From Alphaproteobacteria bacterium (GTDB taxonomy: Bacteria; Pseudomonadota; Alphaproteobacteria; UBA11136): a DNA stretch of 64,000 bases. The position numbers and the translations under genes were made by a program. The notes under the pieces were generated by a model. That model was not told where the DNA came from and searched no databases. It saw nothing but the letters and a program-made list of their open reading frames with translations. Numbering within the stretch: the stretch's first letter is position 1; every line of letters starts with the position of its first letter. This document shows positions 52,948 through 63,266 of the stretch, one piece after another. The DNA lies in the NCBI GenBank assembly GCA_030739855.1, contig JASLYJ010000001.1:6998-70997 (forward strand), written 5' to 3'.

Positions 52948-54186
52948 ATGGATAAACGCGACTTTGGTCTCTATATCCACTGGCCCTTCTGCCTTTTCAA
53001 GTGCCCATATTGCGATTTTAACAGTTACGAGGCGGCGGACACCGATCACCCGCGCTGGCGCCGCGCTTTACTGAGCGAACTTGACCATATGGCGGAGCGG
53101 ATAAACGTTTGCGGCACAAAGCGTCCTCTTACCAGCGTCTTTTTTGGCGGGGGCACACCTTCTCTTATGGAAGCGGGCAGTGTGGCGGCGCTCATTGAGA
53201 GCGCCGATAGTAATTTTGGTATGACACGGGACGTGGAGATTACCCTGGAAGCCAACCCCACCTCAGTTGAGGCTAGGCACTTTGCCAATTTTCGTGCCGC
53301 GGGGGTGAACCGGCTGTCTTTGGGCATTCAGGCACTAGATGACAGAGCCCTAGCCTTCCTCGGACGTGGCCACGACAAGGCCCAGGCCCTAGAGGCACTG
53401 ACCCTGGCGAAGCGGATTTTTCCTAACTATAGCTTTGATCTAATCTATGCCCGGCCCGGGCAGACCCTCGCCGCCTGGCGGACAGAGCTGGGACAAGCTC
53501 TAGCCCTGGCAGACGATCACCTCTCCCTATATCAGCTCACTCTCGCCTTGGGCTCGCCTTTGGCCGCCCAGATCAAAGTTAGTGACTTTGTCTCCTCCAC
53601 TAAATCCAATGCCACAGCCCTATACGAGGCTACTCAGGAAATAACAGCAAAAGAGGGAATGCATGCTTACGAAATTTCCAACCACGCTAGGAAAGGCTCG
53701 GAAAGCCGTCATAATCTCACCTATTGGCGCTATGAAGATTATGCGGGGATTGGCCCCGGCGCCCACGGTCGCCTCCTTCTGGCTTGCGGAACAACAATTG
53801 AAGACCCTGCAAGCAAGACTTCAGGTGTAACTGTTCGCAAAAGGCCCTTCCGAGATCGACTCAAAACAGCTCTGCGTCAAATCCCCACTCCCGAGAAATG
53901 GCTAGCAGTGGTGGAAAAAACAGGCCATGGCACTCTGGAAGAGGCCCCCCTTGATGCAGCCCAGCTCCGCACAGAAATACTGTTGATGGGACTGCGGCTA
54001 AGCACGGGGATAAACCGCACCAGGTTCCGCGAAATCACAGGAGAAACACTAGAGGACGCTCTCAACCAGAAGTCACTCAATAAATTAATTTTCAATGAAT
54101 TTCTACTTCTTGACGAAGAGGGGCTGCGGGCAACGACACAAGGTCGGCAACGGCTGGACTCAGTGCTGGCGGCACTTTTGAACTAG
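52948..54186 (+). CDS. hemW: radical SAM heme chaperone HemW
   Basis: CxxxCxxC (CLFKCPYCDFNS), GGGTPS motif and HemW C-terminal domain. ATG at 52948 (MDKRDFGLYIHWPFC) preferred over the ORF start at 52861. Confidence 0.85.
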   Translation: MDKRDFGLYIHWPFCLFKCPYCDFNSYEAADTDHPRWRRALLSELDHMAERINVCGTKRPLTSVFFGGGTPSLMEAGSVAALIESADSNFGMTRDVEITLEANPTSVEARHFANFRAAGVNRLSLGIQALDDRALAFLGRGHDKAQALEALTLAKRIFPNYSFDLIYARPGQTLAAWRTELGQALALADDHLSLYQLTLALGSPLAAQIKVSDFVSSTKSNATALYEATQEITAKEGMHAYEISNHARKGSESRHNLTYWRYEDYAGIGPGAHGRLLLACGTTIEDPASKTSGVTVRKRPFRDRLKTALRQIPTPEKWLAVVEKTGHGTLEEAPLDAAQLRTEILLMGLRLSTGINRTRFREITGETLEDALNQKSLNKLIFNEFLLLDEEGLRATTQGRQRLDSVLAALLN

Positions 54187-54215
54187 GGGTGCGTTTCTTA
54201 CATCTTCATAAAACC

Positions 54216-55793
54216 CTACTCAAAAGAATCTGGTGCCGGGCTCATCACCAGAGGCCGGCTACGGCGCATTTCTAGCACCGCCAACCCTCGTTCCGCTACG
54301 CCGTTGGATTTGAAACGGAAAATGCCGTCGAGGCCTGCGAAACCGTTGGGTGCCGCCAAGGCAGCAACAGAAAAGTCGGGCCCACCGGGAGAGCGTGCCA
54401 GTACCGCCGCTAAGGCCGCCGCATCATAAGCAAGAGTCGCCAAGTGAGGTGGATAGCGGCCGTATATCTCCTTAAATTTCTTTAAAAAATCTACCCGCAT
54501 ATGTAATGGAGGGGCGGCAAACCAGCCCCCCGCCAGGGCCGGTTCCGTACCCAACGTGGAATCATCCCACTGAGTCGTGCCTAGCAGGCGTACCTTGGGC
54601 ATGTCGATGTCGAAGAAAGGCAGCAGAGGGGCGACGGTACGCAGCAGGTCACCCCCGGCAGGCAGCAGGACCGCATCGAAAGGAAGTTCTCCCAGAGTAT
54701 CCAGTTTCTCAAGTCGCTTCAGTGCTTGACGCGATACTTCGTCATCGCGCTCCTCCAGAACTTGGCGCTGCTTTTCCAGATTATCACGGCGACGGTCGTA
54801 GTCGGCGAAGTGGCGGACCACTGTTGAAACGTCCGGGGAACCCGGGGAAAAGTTGGCCACTTCCACTACCTTCCCGCCATGTCGCGCTACCGTTTCGCGC
54901 AGGGCCTGGACGGCGCGGCGGCCATAGGGCGTATCGGGCACAAGGGCGGCAAAACGCAACAGACCGCGGGAACGGGCGAACGCTACTACACGTTCGATTC
55001 CGTCTCGAGGCAAAAATCCCATCAGGAACACGCCGTTTCCGGCCACTGAACGATCCGTGGAAAAAGCCACTACAGGCACGCCTTTTTTTCGCGCTTGTGG
55101 TGCCACAGCGGCCACGGAGGCGGAATAGAGCGGCCCTAAGATGATCTCTACATCTTTGCTTAAGGCTTGCTTGGCGGCACGGCGTGCGCCAGCGGGCGTT
55201 CCGGAGGTGTCGAAAGGAAGCAGCGAAAAATTCTCTTCCGCTAGATCGAAAAGTGCCATTTCCGCCCCATGCATCATAGCGTTACCCAAGGCCGCGTGGG
55301 GTCCCGACAGGGGCAGCAGAATAGCGACCCGGATCAAATCATAGACACCGGGTGGTGGAATAAGACGAATCCTTCCCGGAGGCAGGCGTGTTTCTTCTAT
55401 CCGTTTGGTATCTTCCTCTTCTTTCGCCATGGCGGCGAGCGAGACCTCAGGCGGAGCTGCAGACTGGAATTCAGGCGTGCCCTGCGCTGTCGAGGAAACC
55501 GGAGGTAGAGGTTCTGTAGTTTTTGCTTCGGGGATATTTTCCGTCGTAGAAGTCGTCTTCTCTTGCGGGCTTTTAAGAAGGTCCGGTAGTATTTTTCCCT
55601 CGCAGGCGACCATAACAAACAGACACACCGCCAGCGCCAGCGCCCCACCAGCGCGAATAACGATCTGCTCCGGAACCAATGGAGAAAATGGGCGAATAGA
55701 ATGAGGAAAGCGAGGGAATCTAAGTGTCTGCAACGCGGAAACAATCTCCAGAAGGCAAAGGGACCCAGACCCGAGGAGAGATCTGGGCACCAA
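54216..55793 (-). CDS. LpoA-like penicillin-binding protein activator (periplasmic type-I binding-protein fold lipoprotein)
   Basis: Lipobox (ALALAVCLFVMVAC), Pro/Thr-rich linker, then a Leu/Ile/Val-binding-protein-like domain (ILLPLSGPHAALGNAMMHGAEMALFDL). Divergent from rsmI as in the E. coli rsmI/lpoA arrangement. The real start is probably a non-ATG codon near ~55600. Confidence 0.6.
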   Translation of the reverse strand: MVPRSLLGSGSLCLLEIVSALQTLRFPRFPHSIRPFSPLVPEQIVIRAGGALALAVCLFVMVACEGKILPDLLKSPQEKTTSTTENIPEAKTTEPLPPVSSTAQGTPEFQSAAPPEVSLAAMAKEEEDTKRIEETRLPPGRIRLIPPPGVYDLIRVAILLPLSGPHAALGNAMMHGAEMALFDLAEENFSLLPFDTSGTPAGARRAAKQALSKDVEIILGPLYSASVAAVAPQARKKGVPVVAFSTDRSVAGNGVFLMGFLPRDGIERVVAFARSRGLLRFAALVPDTPYGRRAVQALRETVARHGGKVVEVANFSPGSPDVSTVVRHFADYDRRRDNLEKQRQVLEERDDEVSRQALKRLEKLDTLGELPFDAVLLPAGGDLLRTVAPLLPFFDIDMPKVRLLGTTQWDDSTLGTEPALAGGWFAAPPLHMRVDFLKKFKEIYGRYPPHLATLAYDAAALAAVLARSPGGPDFSVAALAAPNGFAGLDGIFRFKSNGVAERGLAVLEMRRSRPLVMSPAPDSFE

Positions 55794-55828
55794 AGCCTAC
55801 TGACAGCACAGCACGAAGTAAACCGGCG

Positions 55829-56695
55829 GTGTCTTCGGGAATTTTCCCCGGTCTAATCTTGGTAGCCACCCCCATCGGCAACGCCGCCGACATTACGCTG
55901 CGGGCACTTGATGCCTTGCGCCAGGCAGATGCGATCGCTTGTGAGGACACCCGAGTCACGCGCAAGCTGCTGACTATACATCGTATCGCTACCCCCACCC
56001 TGGCCTATCATGAACACAATGCGACCCGCGTGCGGCCCCGCATTCTGAAGCGTCTGCGCCAAGGAGAAATTATTGCCCTGGTGACAGATGCAGGTATGCC
56101 GTTGATATCCGACCCCGGCTTTGGACTGGTGCGAGCTTGCCTAGACACGAGCCTCCCAGTAACGGTGGTGCCCGGCGCTTCTGCCTCGCTAGCAGCACTT
56201 GTACTTTCCGGCCTGCCCAACGACCGTTTCCTCTTCGCCGGTTTCCCGCCCACCAAGGTTGCAGCACGGAAAACTTTTCTCGACGGTCTCAAAGATGCTG
56301 AAGCAAGCCTAATTTTCTATGAATCCTCGCGCCGGCTAGCGGCCTCCCTCAAAGACATGGCTTCCGTGCTGGGATCAAGGCAGGCTGCTGTCGCCCGAGA
56401 ACTTACCAAATTCCATGAAAATGTGCACCGCGCCTCCCTGGCGGAACTAGCAGCCGCCTACGGCCGTGACGGACCGCCCAAGGGGGAGATCGTGATCGTC
56501 GTCGCCCCGCCAGAACCCGATGAGGACCGGGAACAGGAGAATCAGGTGCGAGAACTTCTGGTGCTGGCCCTGCGGGAACACAGCCTGCGCGACGCCGTCG
56601 CCGCCGTATCCCGCATCACTGGAGCCCCCCGCAGCAAGGTTTATAACCGAGCGCTGGCCCTTAAGGGATGTGAGCCCAGCGCGGAGGATCCATGA
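55829..56695 (+). CDS. rsmI: 16S rRNA (cytidine1402-2'-O)-methyltransferase
   Basis: Tetrapyrrole-methylase fold (LVATPIGNAADITLRALDALRQADAIACEDTRVTRKLL). Probable GTG start at 55829; the ORF track begins at 55724. Confidence 0.8.
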   Translation: MSSGIFPGLILVATPIGNAADITLRALDALRQADAIACEDTRVTRKLLTIHRIATPTLAYHEHNATRVRPRILKRLRQGEIIALVTDAGMPLISDPGFGLVRACLDTSLPVTVVPGASASLAALVLSGLPNDRFLFAGFPPTKVAARKTFLDGLKDAEASLIFYESSRRLAASLKDMASVLGSRQAAVARELTKFHENVHRASLAELAAAYGRDGPPKGEIVIVVAPPEPDEDREQENQVRELLVLALREHSLRDAVAAVSRITGAPRSKVYNRALALKGCEPSAEDP

Positions 56696-56859
56696 CGGGG
56701 CTCTTTCTTCCGCCGTGTCATACCAATGCTGCTTAGATCGAAAGTCAGTAACGGTGAAGAATGATCGTAAGGAAGGCTGGGCTTTGCTTTTAAAATCCGA
56801 TATTCATTCCAGGATTAGCTTCCGAATTTATTCTGAGATTTCTGGGTAATAACAGATCC

Positions 56860-57450
56860 ATGAAACTTCTTTTCACCCTTCTTTTCCTGCTGACTCTTTC
56901 TTCTCTTCTTTCGGCCTGCACTACCACCGCAGGAGCTAGCGCCACCGCTGGCGCCGCCGCCGTACAGGAACGGGGACTAGGCGGCGCCATTGACGATTCT
57001 GCCATCTACACAAAAATCTGGAAACTGTGGCTAGATACGGATCCCCATCTTTTTCTTGAGGTGGGGCTGGACGTGCATGAAGGCAGGGTCCTGCTTACCG
57101 GCATCGTCGACAGTCCACAGAATCGACTTGATGCGGTGCGGCTGGCCTGGCAGGTGGAAAACGTGCGTCAGGTGATCGACGAGATCCAGATCATGGACGA
57201 GGGTAGTGTTCTCGATTACACCCGCGACATCTGGATCACTGCCCAGCTGCGTGCGAAAATCACCTTCGATTCTGAAATCCTTGCTATTAATTACAGTATC
57301 GAGACTGTCAACAAGGTGGTCTATCTTATGGGCATTGCCCAAGGTGAGGCGGAGCTCAATCGGGTTATCCGCTATGCCCGCAATCTCGCCTATGTGAGGA
57401 AAGTAACAAGCTATGTGCGCATCAAGTCTAAACGACTTCCCGGCACTTAG
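56860..57450 (+). CDS. dual-BON-domain outer-membrane lipoprotein (DolP/YraP-like)
   Basis: Lipoprotein signal (MKLLFTLLFLLTLSSLLSAC) followed by two BON domains. Confidence 0.7.
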   Translation: MKLLFTLLFLLTLSSLLSACTTTAGASATAGAAAVQERGLGGAIDDSAIYTKIWKLWLDTDPHLFLEVGLDVHEGRVLLTGIVDSPQNRLDAVRLAWQVENVRQVIDEIQIMDEGSVLDYTRDIWITAQLRAKITFDSEILAINYSIETVNKVVYLMGIAQGEAELNRVIRYARNLAYVRKVTSYVRIKSKRLPGT

Positions 57451-57501
57451 GGCGGAATACGAGGTTCCGTTACCACGGTGTGACGGAAAACAGGAATCGG
57501 T

Positions 57502-58488
57502 ATGACCTTAACCGTCGCCCTTCAGATGGACCCGCTGGAGTCAATCGATATCAGCACCGACAGCAGTTTTGTCCTTGGGCTGGAAGCCCTGCGCCGGGAG
57601 TATAAATTATACCACTACCTGCCCCGCCATATGAGTTTCACAGGCGGGAGGGGCGAAGGAAACGGTAGCGCGCAGATTTGCGCGCGTGCACGAGCACTGA
57701 CCCTACGCCGTGAGAAAGGCAATCACGCCACGCTAGGCGTTTTCGAAATCCGTGAACTTGCAGAATTTGACGTTATCCTCATGCGTCAGGACCCACCCTT
57801 CGACATGGCCTATATCACGGCCACCCACATGCTCGAGCGCATTCATCCCGCCACTTTTGTGGTTAATGATCCTATCGAAGTGCGTAACGCCCCGGAAAAG
57901 TTGTTTGTCTCCCATTTCGGCGACCTCATGCCACCGACCTTGATCTCTTCCTCCTGTGACGAGATTGCCGCCTTCCGTGCAGAATACAAGGACCTCATCG
58001 TCAAACCATTGTTCGGTAACGGTGGCTCCGGGGTTTTTCATATAGGTCCTGATGACGAGAATCTCTCGGCCCTGATCGAGATGTTCACCGGACGGAGTAA
58101 CGAGCCTATTATCGTCCAACGCTACCTTCCACAAGTGCGCGAAGGCGATAAGCGCATCATCCTTATCGACGGAAAAGCTGCCGGTGCCATCTCCCGCGTG
58201 CCCGTCGCCGGAGAAGCCCGCGCCAACCTTCACGCCGGGGCCAACGCCGCCTGCGCCGAGTTGAGTTCCCGTGACCAAGAAATCTGTGCGCACATTGGCC
58301 CGGCACTGAAGGAGAGGGGTCTCATTTTCGCCGGCATCGACGTAATTGGTGACTATCTTACGGAAATCAACGTCACCTCACCCACAGGATTGCAAGAAAT
58401 CAACCGCTTCGACGGACTTTCCGGCGACGACACTCTAGAGGCCCGCATCTGGAACGCCATCGAGGCCCGGCTCAAAGCCACACGCTAG
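57502..58488 (+). CDS. gshB: glutathione synthetase
   Basis: Prokaryotic GSH synthetase N-terminal domain and ATP-grasp domain (RIILIDGKAAGAISRVP, LTEINVTSPTG). Confidence 0.9.
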   Translation: MTLTVALQMDPLESIDISTDSSFVLGLEALRREYKLYHYLPRHMSFTGGRGEGNGSAQICARARALTLRREKGNHATLGVFEIRELAEFDVILMRQDPPFDMAYITATHMLERIHPATFVVNDPIEVRNAPEKLFVSHFGDLMPPTLISSSCDEIAAFRAEYKDLIVKPLFGNGGSGVFHIGPDDENLSALIEMFTGRSNEPIIVQRYLPQVREGDKRIILIDGKAAGAISRVPVAGEARANLHAGANAACAELSSRDQEICAHIGPALKERGLIFAGIDVIGDYLTEINVTSPTGLQEINRFDGLSGDDTLEARIWNAIEARLKATR

Positions 58489-58563
58489 GGAACAAGGCGA
58501 AACCCGGCCACACTCATAAAACGGGATAACGCGGGGTTGCCTCCGTGTTTGGGATCTGTGCCG

Positions 58564-59667
58564 TCAATGTGACCCGAGCCTTTTCTTAATCACCACCTTA
58601 AGTGATTCCTTATTCATCATGCTCCTAAGTGCCTCTTCCACGCCCTCGATGGGCCGCTCGCTGGACAGCAGAAGGTCAACATTAAGGCTGGAATCGGCCA
58701 GAAGGTTAAGCGCGGTTTTAATGGTGTCTGGCCGGTGGTGGTAGGTGCTTTTGATGGTAAGTTCGTTGTAGTGGATCTGATAAGCGTCGAGGGGAATGAT
58801 CGTGCCCGGTGGGCAGCCTCCAAAAAAATTGACCGTTCCCCCCGGTCGTACAGATGCAACAACATCCAACCACACCTCCGGAACTCCAGTAGCATCGATA
58901 GCTACTGTGGCACCTTTTTTATCTTGCGTTTTGGTGCGTATCTCTTCCGCCTGACCGCCGCCGCGGTCGATTTTGAAAACCTCGGAAGCACCTAACTTTT
59001 TGCCCACACCAAGACGATCAGCATTGGGATCGGCGAGCAAGACCCGATGCCCCTCCGAAGCAAGCACCGCTACGAAAAGCAGACCGATGGGGCCTGCGCC
59101 GAAAATCAAGACTTCCGTCTCCCCGGATCTACCTTGATGTGGAAGGTCGCAGGCAAAAATAGGTGGGGGAAGGTTGCATGCATTGAGTCCGTGTATTACG
59201 CAGCCAAGAGGCTCCGTCATGGCCGCTCTCTCAAAAGAAAGGCCCTCAGGAATAAGATGGGTATTGCGCTGGACAAATCGTTCCGGGATGAGCAGAAATT
59301 CCGCATAAGCGCCGTTAATGTAATGGAGATCTTCGCACAAGTTTTCCTTCTCCTCCAGGCAGGGACCACAAACCTCGCAGGGAGCGGAATTAACCACCAC
59401 CACCGCATCCCCGGGGGAAAATGCGACGACATCCTCGCCCACGGCGGCAACACGGCCCGCCATTTCGTGGCCGAACAGAGTAGGCACCTTAAGCATGCGG
59501 GAATGACCGCCGTACCGAAAAACCTTAACGTCAGTGCCACAGGTGGTGGCGGCTTCCACGCTGAGAAGAATGTCGCGTGGCCCAGGCTGGTCGATGGGAA
59601 CCTCGCGGATTTCTAGCTGTTCGGGACCCAGCAACACCGCGCCACGCATTGTTTCCTGAATTTCCAT
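58564..59667 (-). CDS. Zn-dependent alcohol/polyol dehydrogenase (MDR superfamily)
   Basis: Catalytic Zn motif (GHEMAGRVAAVGEDV), structural Zn cysteines (CEVCGPCLEEKENLC) and Rossmann motif GAGPIGLL. Confidence 0.8.
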   Translation of the reverse strand: MEIQETMRGAVLLGPEQLEIREVPIDQPGPRDILLSVEAATTCGTDVKVFRYGGHSRMLKVPTLFGHEMAGRVAAVGEDVVAFSPGDAVVVVNSAPCEVCGPCLEEKENLCEDLHYINGAYAEFLLIPERFVQRNTHLIPEGLSFERAAMTEPLGCVIHGLNACNLPPPIFACDLPHQGRSGETEVLIFGAGPIGLLFVAVLASEGHRVLLADPNADRLGVGKKLGASEVFKIDRGGGQAEEIRTKTQDKKGATVAIDATGVPEVWLDVVASVRPGGTVNFFGGCPPGTIIPLDAYQIHYNELTIKSTYHHRPDTIKTALNLLADSSLNVDLLLSSERPIEGVEEALRSMMNKESLKVVIKKRLGSH

Positions 59668-60818
59668 TATGCCTCCGAGCCGAGCCTAGAGGGTGTAAAC
59701 AGTACCTTCAAGGCCTGGCGGGCGCGCACCAGCGAGACGCCATGCTGAAAATCGTTAAGTGGCATCTTGTGAGTAACGAGTGGCGAGGGGTTGAGATCAC
59801 CTTTATCGATGAGTTCAAAGATTTGCCCCTGTTCCTTCACCGCTGCCGAATAAGTGCCCACGATCCGTCGCTCATACTTGAACAAGTCATTGAGATTGAA
59901 CCCGGCCCTGGCTTCATCCGGAGCATGAGCGAACAGAACCACGGTGCCGCCTTGGCGGGTAAGTTCAAGGCCCGCTTCCAGAGTCTCGTTTCCGCCCACC
60001 GTATCGAATACAGCGTCGGCACCAAGTCCGTCGGTAGCAGCCCGGACTGTCTTGAGGGCTTCCTGCCCAGGTGTGGTCATGCTCTTAGCGCCTAGCTTTT
60101 TCGCCAGAGTGCGCCTCTCGAGAACGGGGTCCACAATAATAACGCAACAGCCTGGAAGCGCCGCTTGAAGCACCAACAAATGGAGAAGTCCCATGCTACC
60201 CGCACCAAATATTACCGCTGTGCCGTTTTTGTCTATACCAGCACGGTGAATGCTGCGTAGTACGCAAGCGGCGGACTCCATGAAAACTGCTGTTTCGTCC
60301 GATACATGGTCGGGGATGCGGCGGGCGGAAAATTCCGTAGCCCGTGATTTGACCAGAATGGTATCGGCAAATGCGCCCGGCTCCAGAAGGTTTTCCCGAA
60401 ATATTTCGCACATGGTTTCATTGCCGCAGCGGCACAGTTGACACTCGCCACAAGGAACATGGTGGGCAACGACCACTCGGTCGCCCTCTGCAAACCCCGT
60501 GACACCACAGCCAAGGGCGATTACCTCACCTACTAATTCATGACCAAGAACAGTGCCTGCTACAGCGCTGCCGGAATCTAGCTTGAACAGGTCCGTTCCA
60601 CAAAGCCCCACCACGCGCAGGCGCAGGAGAATCTCTCCAGCACCCGGCATTGGCGTAGGTCTTTCTTCCAAGACCGTCCCGCTGCCGCCGAGACAAGCGA
60701 CCACCATATGACCAGCACGCCCATCTGGATGGGACACGCGTTCTTGTACAACAGAAACCACGCTATCTGACGTCTTCAATGACTTATTGCTTTTCAACAG
60801 AATGCTGCTGCTTCGCAC
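59667..60818 (-). CDS. Zn-dependent alcohol/polyol dehydrogenase (MDR superfamily), tandem paralog
   Basis: GHELVGEVIALG and CGECQLCRCGNETMC motifs, GAGSMGLL Rossmann fold. Its stop overlaps the downstream ADH start by 1 nt. Real start is possibly the ATG at 60710. Confidence 0.8.
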   Translation of the reverse strand: MRSSSILLKSNKSLKTSDSVVSVVQERVSHPDGRAGHMVVACLGGSGTVLEERPTPMPGAGEILLRLRVVGLCGTDLFKLDSGSAVAGTVLGHELVGEVIALGCGVTGFAEGDRVVVAHHVPCGECQLCRCGNETMCEIFRENLLEPGAFADTILVKSRATEFSARRIPDHVSDETAVFMESAACVLRSIHRAGIDKNGTAVIFGAGSMGLLHLLVLQAALPGCCVIIVDPVLERRTLAKKLGAKSMTTPGQEALKTVRAATDGLGADAVFDTVGGNETLEAGLELTRQGGTVVLFAHAPDEARAGFNLNDLFKYERRIVGTYSAAVKEQGQIFELIDKGDLNPSPLVTHKMPLNDFQHGVSLVRARQALKVLFTPSRLGSEA

Positions 60819-60908
60819 TAGAATTCACAACCTCGAGAAAAAACAAGGCAAAAATTTACCCTAGAACCGACTTTACCCTTCATTTTCAAACTTGTGACAG
60901 TGTAGCAT

Positions 60909-61274
60909 TCAGGCTCCTTTAGAAAGCATGGGCCCCAGGAGGCGCCCGCCGAAGATATGAATATGAAGATGAGGCACCTCCTGGCCGCCGTCATCACCGG
61001 TATTGGCGAGAATCCGGTAGCCCGTTTCAGCAAGACCCAGGTCCCGAGCAATCTGTCCCACAGCGCGGAACAGAGCTGATATGGTCGCATCGGAAGCGTT
61101 TTGTGTAAAATCTTCCATGGAAGTATATGCTTCCTTGGGAACCGCCAGCACGTGCGTAGGTGCTTGGGGGTGGATATCGTTAAATGCTAGCACGTGGTCA
61201 TCTTCGTAAACCCTATCACAGGGAATCTCCCCACGCAGAATCTGAGCGAAAACATTGTCGGAATCATAAGCCAT
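60909..61274 (-). CDS. HIT-family (histidine triad) nucleotide hydrolase
   Basis: Histidine triad HLHIHIFGG. 121 aa. Confidence 0.85.
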   Translation of the reverse strand: MAYDSDNVFAQILRGEIPCDRVYEDDHVLAFNDIHPQAPTHVLAVPKEAYTSMEDFTQNASDATISALFRAVGQIARDLGLAETGYRILANTGDDGGQEVPHLHIHIFGGRLLGPMLSKGA

Positions 61275-61316
61275 TACATTTTCCCATCCTCCCGGAGGAT
61301 ACGCCTAGAGCTAGAA

Positions 61317-61652
61317 TCAAGTTTCCCGCGAGACTTTCTCTTTAATGCCGGAAACCCCTTCGCGGCGGGCTAGTTCTTTCCATACTTGCTCCGGCGCCAC
61401 CCCTGCTTCAGCCCACAGCACCAGAAGGTGATAAAGAAGATCGGCGCTTTCCCCCACCACATGGTCAGGGGTTTCGTCCAACGCCGCCACAGCGGTCTCC
61501 ATGGCTTCTTCGCCCAGCTTTGAACAGATCTTCCCGCGGCCCGCAGAGAACAGTCGGGCCGTATAGGACTGTTCTGGATCACCGCTACGTTTGCTCTCTA
61601 TAACCGCGAACAAGCGGTCGAGAACGGTACCGTCCTGTTGGTTTTTGGCCAT
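61317..61652 (-). CDS. hisE: phosphoribosyl-ATP pyrophosphatase
   Basis: HisE/MazG-like helical fold (LDRLFAVIESKR...KICSKLGEEAMETAVAAL). ATG at 61652 with an AGGAGA ribosome-binding site; the ORF extends to 61703. Confidence 0.85.
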   Translation of the reverse strand: MAKNQQDGTVLDRLFAVIESKRSGDPEQSYTARLFSAGRGKICSKLGEEAMETAVAALDETPDHVVGESADLLYHLLVLWAEAGVAPEQVWKELARREGVSGIKEKVSRET

Positions 61653-61731
61653 GGGGTCTCCTGGTTTTTTGTCCTCCGCCGGAACTGTCCCACGAACAAA
61701 CATGCCTTACTGGCGCATCATCGGGGGAAAG

Positions 61732-62499
61732 TCAGGTCTTTTCAAGACGCACGGCAACACCCTGACTCTGCATATGCGCCTTGGCCTGAGCAATGGAAAA
61801 AATACCGAAGTGGAAAATGGAGGCTGCCAGTACTGCGCTAGCATGTCCTTCAGTCACGCCCTCAGATAAATGGTCAAGAATTCCCACCCCGCCACTGGCA
61901 ATCACCGGCACCGGAACCGCATCAGCGACGGCGCGGGTCAGGGCAAGATCAAACCCTTGTTTGGTGCCGTCGCGATCCATGGAGGTGAGTAGGATTTCGC
62001 CAGCGCCGTATTCAGCCATGCGCCGCGCCCATGTGATGGCTTCTATTCCCGTGGGGTTGCGACCGCCATGGGTGAAAATCTCCCAATGCCCCTCTTTCAC
62101 GAACTTAGCGTCTACTGCCACCACGATACACTGGGAGCCAAATTTAGCTGCTGCTTCGCGCACGAAATCGGGGTTGTCCACGGCAGCGGTGTTGATGGCT
62201 ACCTTGTCGGCCCCCGCCAGCAACAGCTTGCGGATATCGGCAGTACCGCGCACACCTCCGCCCACGGTCAGGGGCATGAAGCATACCTCCGCCGTATGAG
62301 AAACCACGTCATAGAGGATATCTCGTTCTTCATGACTTGCTGTAATATCGAGGAAAGTAAGCTCGTCGGCGCCTTCACTGCCGTAAAAACGCGCCTGTTC
62401 CACGGGGTTTCCAGCATCCACCAGGTCCACAAAATTAATGCCTTTGACTACACGACCGTGATCCACGTCTAAACAAGGAATAATGCGGGTTTTCAGCAC
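61732..62499 (-). CDS. hisF: imidazole glycerol phosphate synthase, cyclase subunit
   Basis: HisF TIM-barrel signature ([16 protein letters not shown]...[11 protein letters not shown]...[10 protein letters not shown]). Confidence 0.95.
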   Translation of the reverse strand: MLKTRIIPCLDVDHGRVVKGINFVDLVDAGNPVEQARFYGSEGADELTFLDITASHEERDILYDVVSHTAEVCFMPLTVGGGVRGTADIRKLLLAGADKVAINTAAVDNPDFVREAAAKFGSQCIVVAVDAKFVKEGHWEIFTHGGRNPTGIEAITWARRMAEYGAGEILLTSMDRDGTKQGFDLALTRAVADAVPVPVIASGGVGILDHLSEGVTEGHASAVLAASIFHFGIFSIAQAKAHMQSQGVAVRLEKT

Positions 62500-62502
62500 G
62501 GC

Positions 62503-63237
62503 CTATTCCTCCATCAGGGCCAGCGCTTCTTTTAGGTCAAGGCGACCGTCATACAAGGCGCGGCCAGCAATCACTCCCGCGATTCCCGATTTTTCCTGTT
62601 CCTTCAGAGCGCGCAAATCATCCATGGAGGACACACCGCCGCTGGCAATCACCGGAATAGAAATGGCGTGTGCCAGAGCTGTCGTAGCCTTTACATTAGG
62701 CCCAGCAAGCGCGCCGTCGCGATCGATATCAGTATAAATGATAGCTGCCACCCCGCAATCCTCGAACTTACACGCCAAATCTTGGGCCACCACATTGCTG
62801 GTCTCAGCCCATCCTTCCACCGCCACATAACCGTTGCGGGCGTCAATCCCCACGGTGATACGTCCTGGATGATCGGCGCAGGCTTGCTTTACCATGCCAG
62901 GATCATTCAGCGCTGCGGTACCGAGAATCACGCGCTCCACCCCGTGTTCTAGCCAAAAAGCTACTGTATCAAGATCGCGGATACCGCCACCAAGCTGTAC
63001 CAGCACCCCAGCACCCCCTGCGGCCACGGACACCGCCGACACCGCCTCAGCATTCACCGGACGACCGGCAAACGCACCGTCAAGATCCACCACGTGAAGC
63101 CAATGGCAACCACAAGCGGTAAAATCACGAGCTTGAGCTGCTGGATCTTGGTTAAAAACCGTAGCCTTATCCATGTCACCTTTGTAGAGGCGGACACAGA
63201 CTCCTTTTTTTAAATCTATGGCCGGGAACAGAATCAT
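62503..63237 (-). CDS. hisA: 1-(5-phosphoribosyl)-5-[(5-phosphoribosylamino)methylideneamino]imidazole-4-carboxamide isomerase
   Basis: HisA TIM-barrel signature ([22 protein letters not shown]...HVVDLDGA). Confidence 0.95.
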   Translation of the reverse strand: MILFPAIDLKKGVCVRLYKGDMDKATVFNQDPAAQARDFTACGCHWLHVVDLDGAFAGRPVNAEAVSAVSVAAGGAGVLVQLGGGIRDLDTVAFWLEHGVERVILGTAALNDPGMVKQACADHPGRITVGIDARNGYVAVEGWAETSNVVAQDLACKFEDCGVAAIIYTDIDRDGALAGPNVKATTALAHAISIPVIASGGVSSMDDLRALKEQEKSGIAGVIAGRALYDGRLDLKEALALMEE

Positions 63238-63266
63238 TTCGTTATTGAATCAACACGCTTTCTTTC

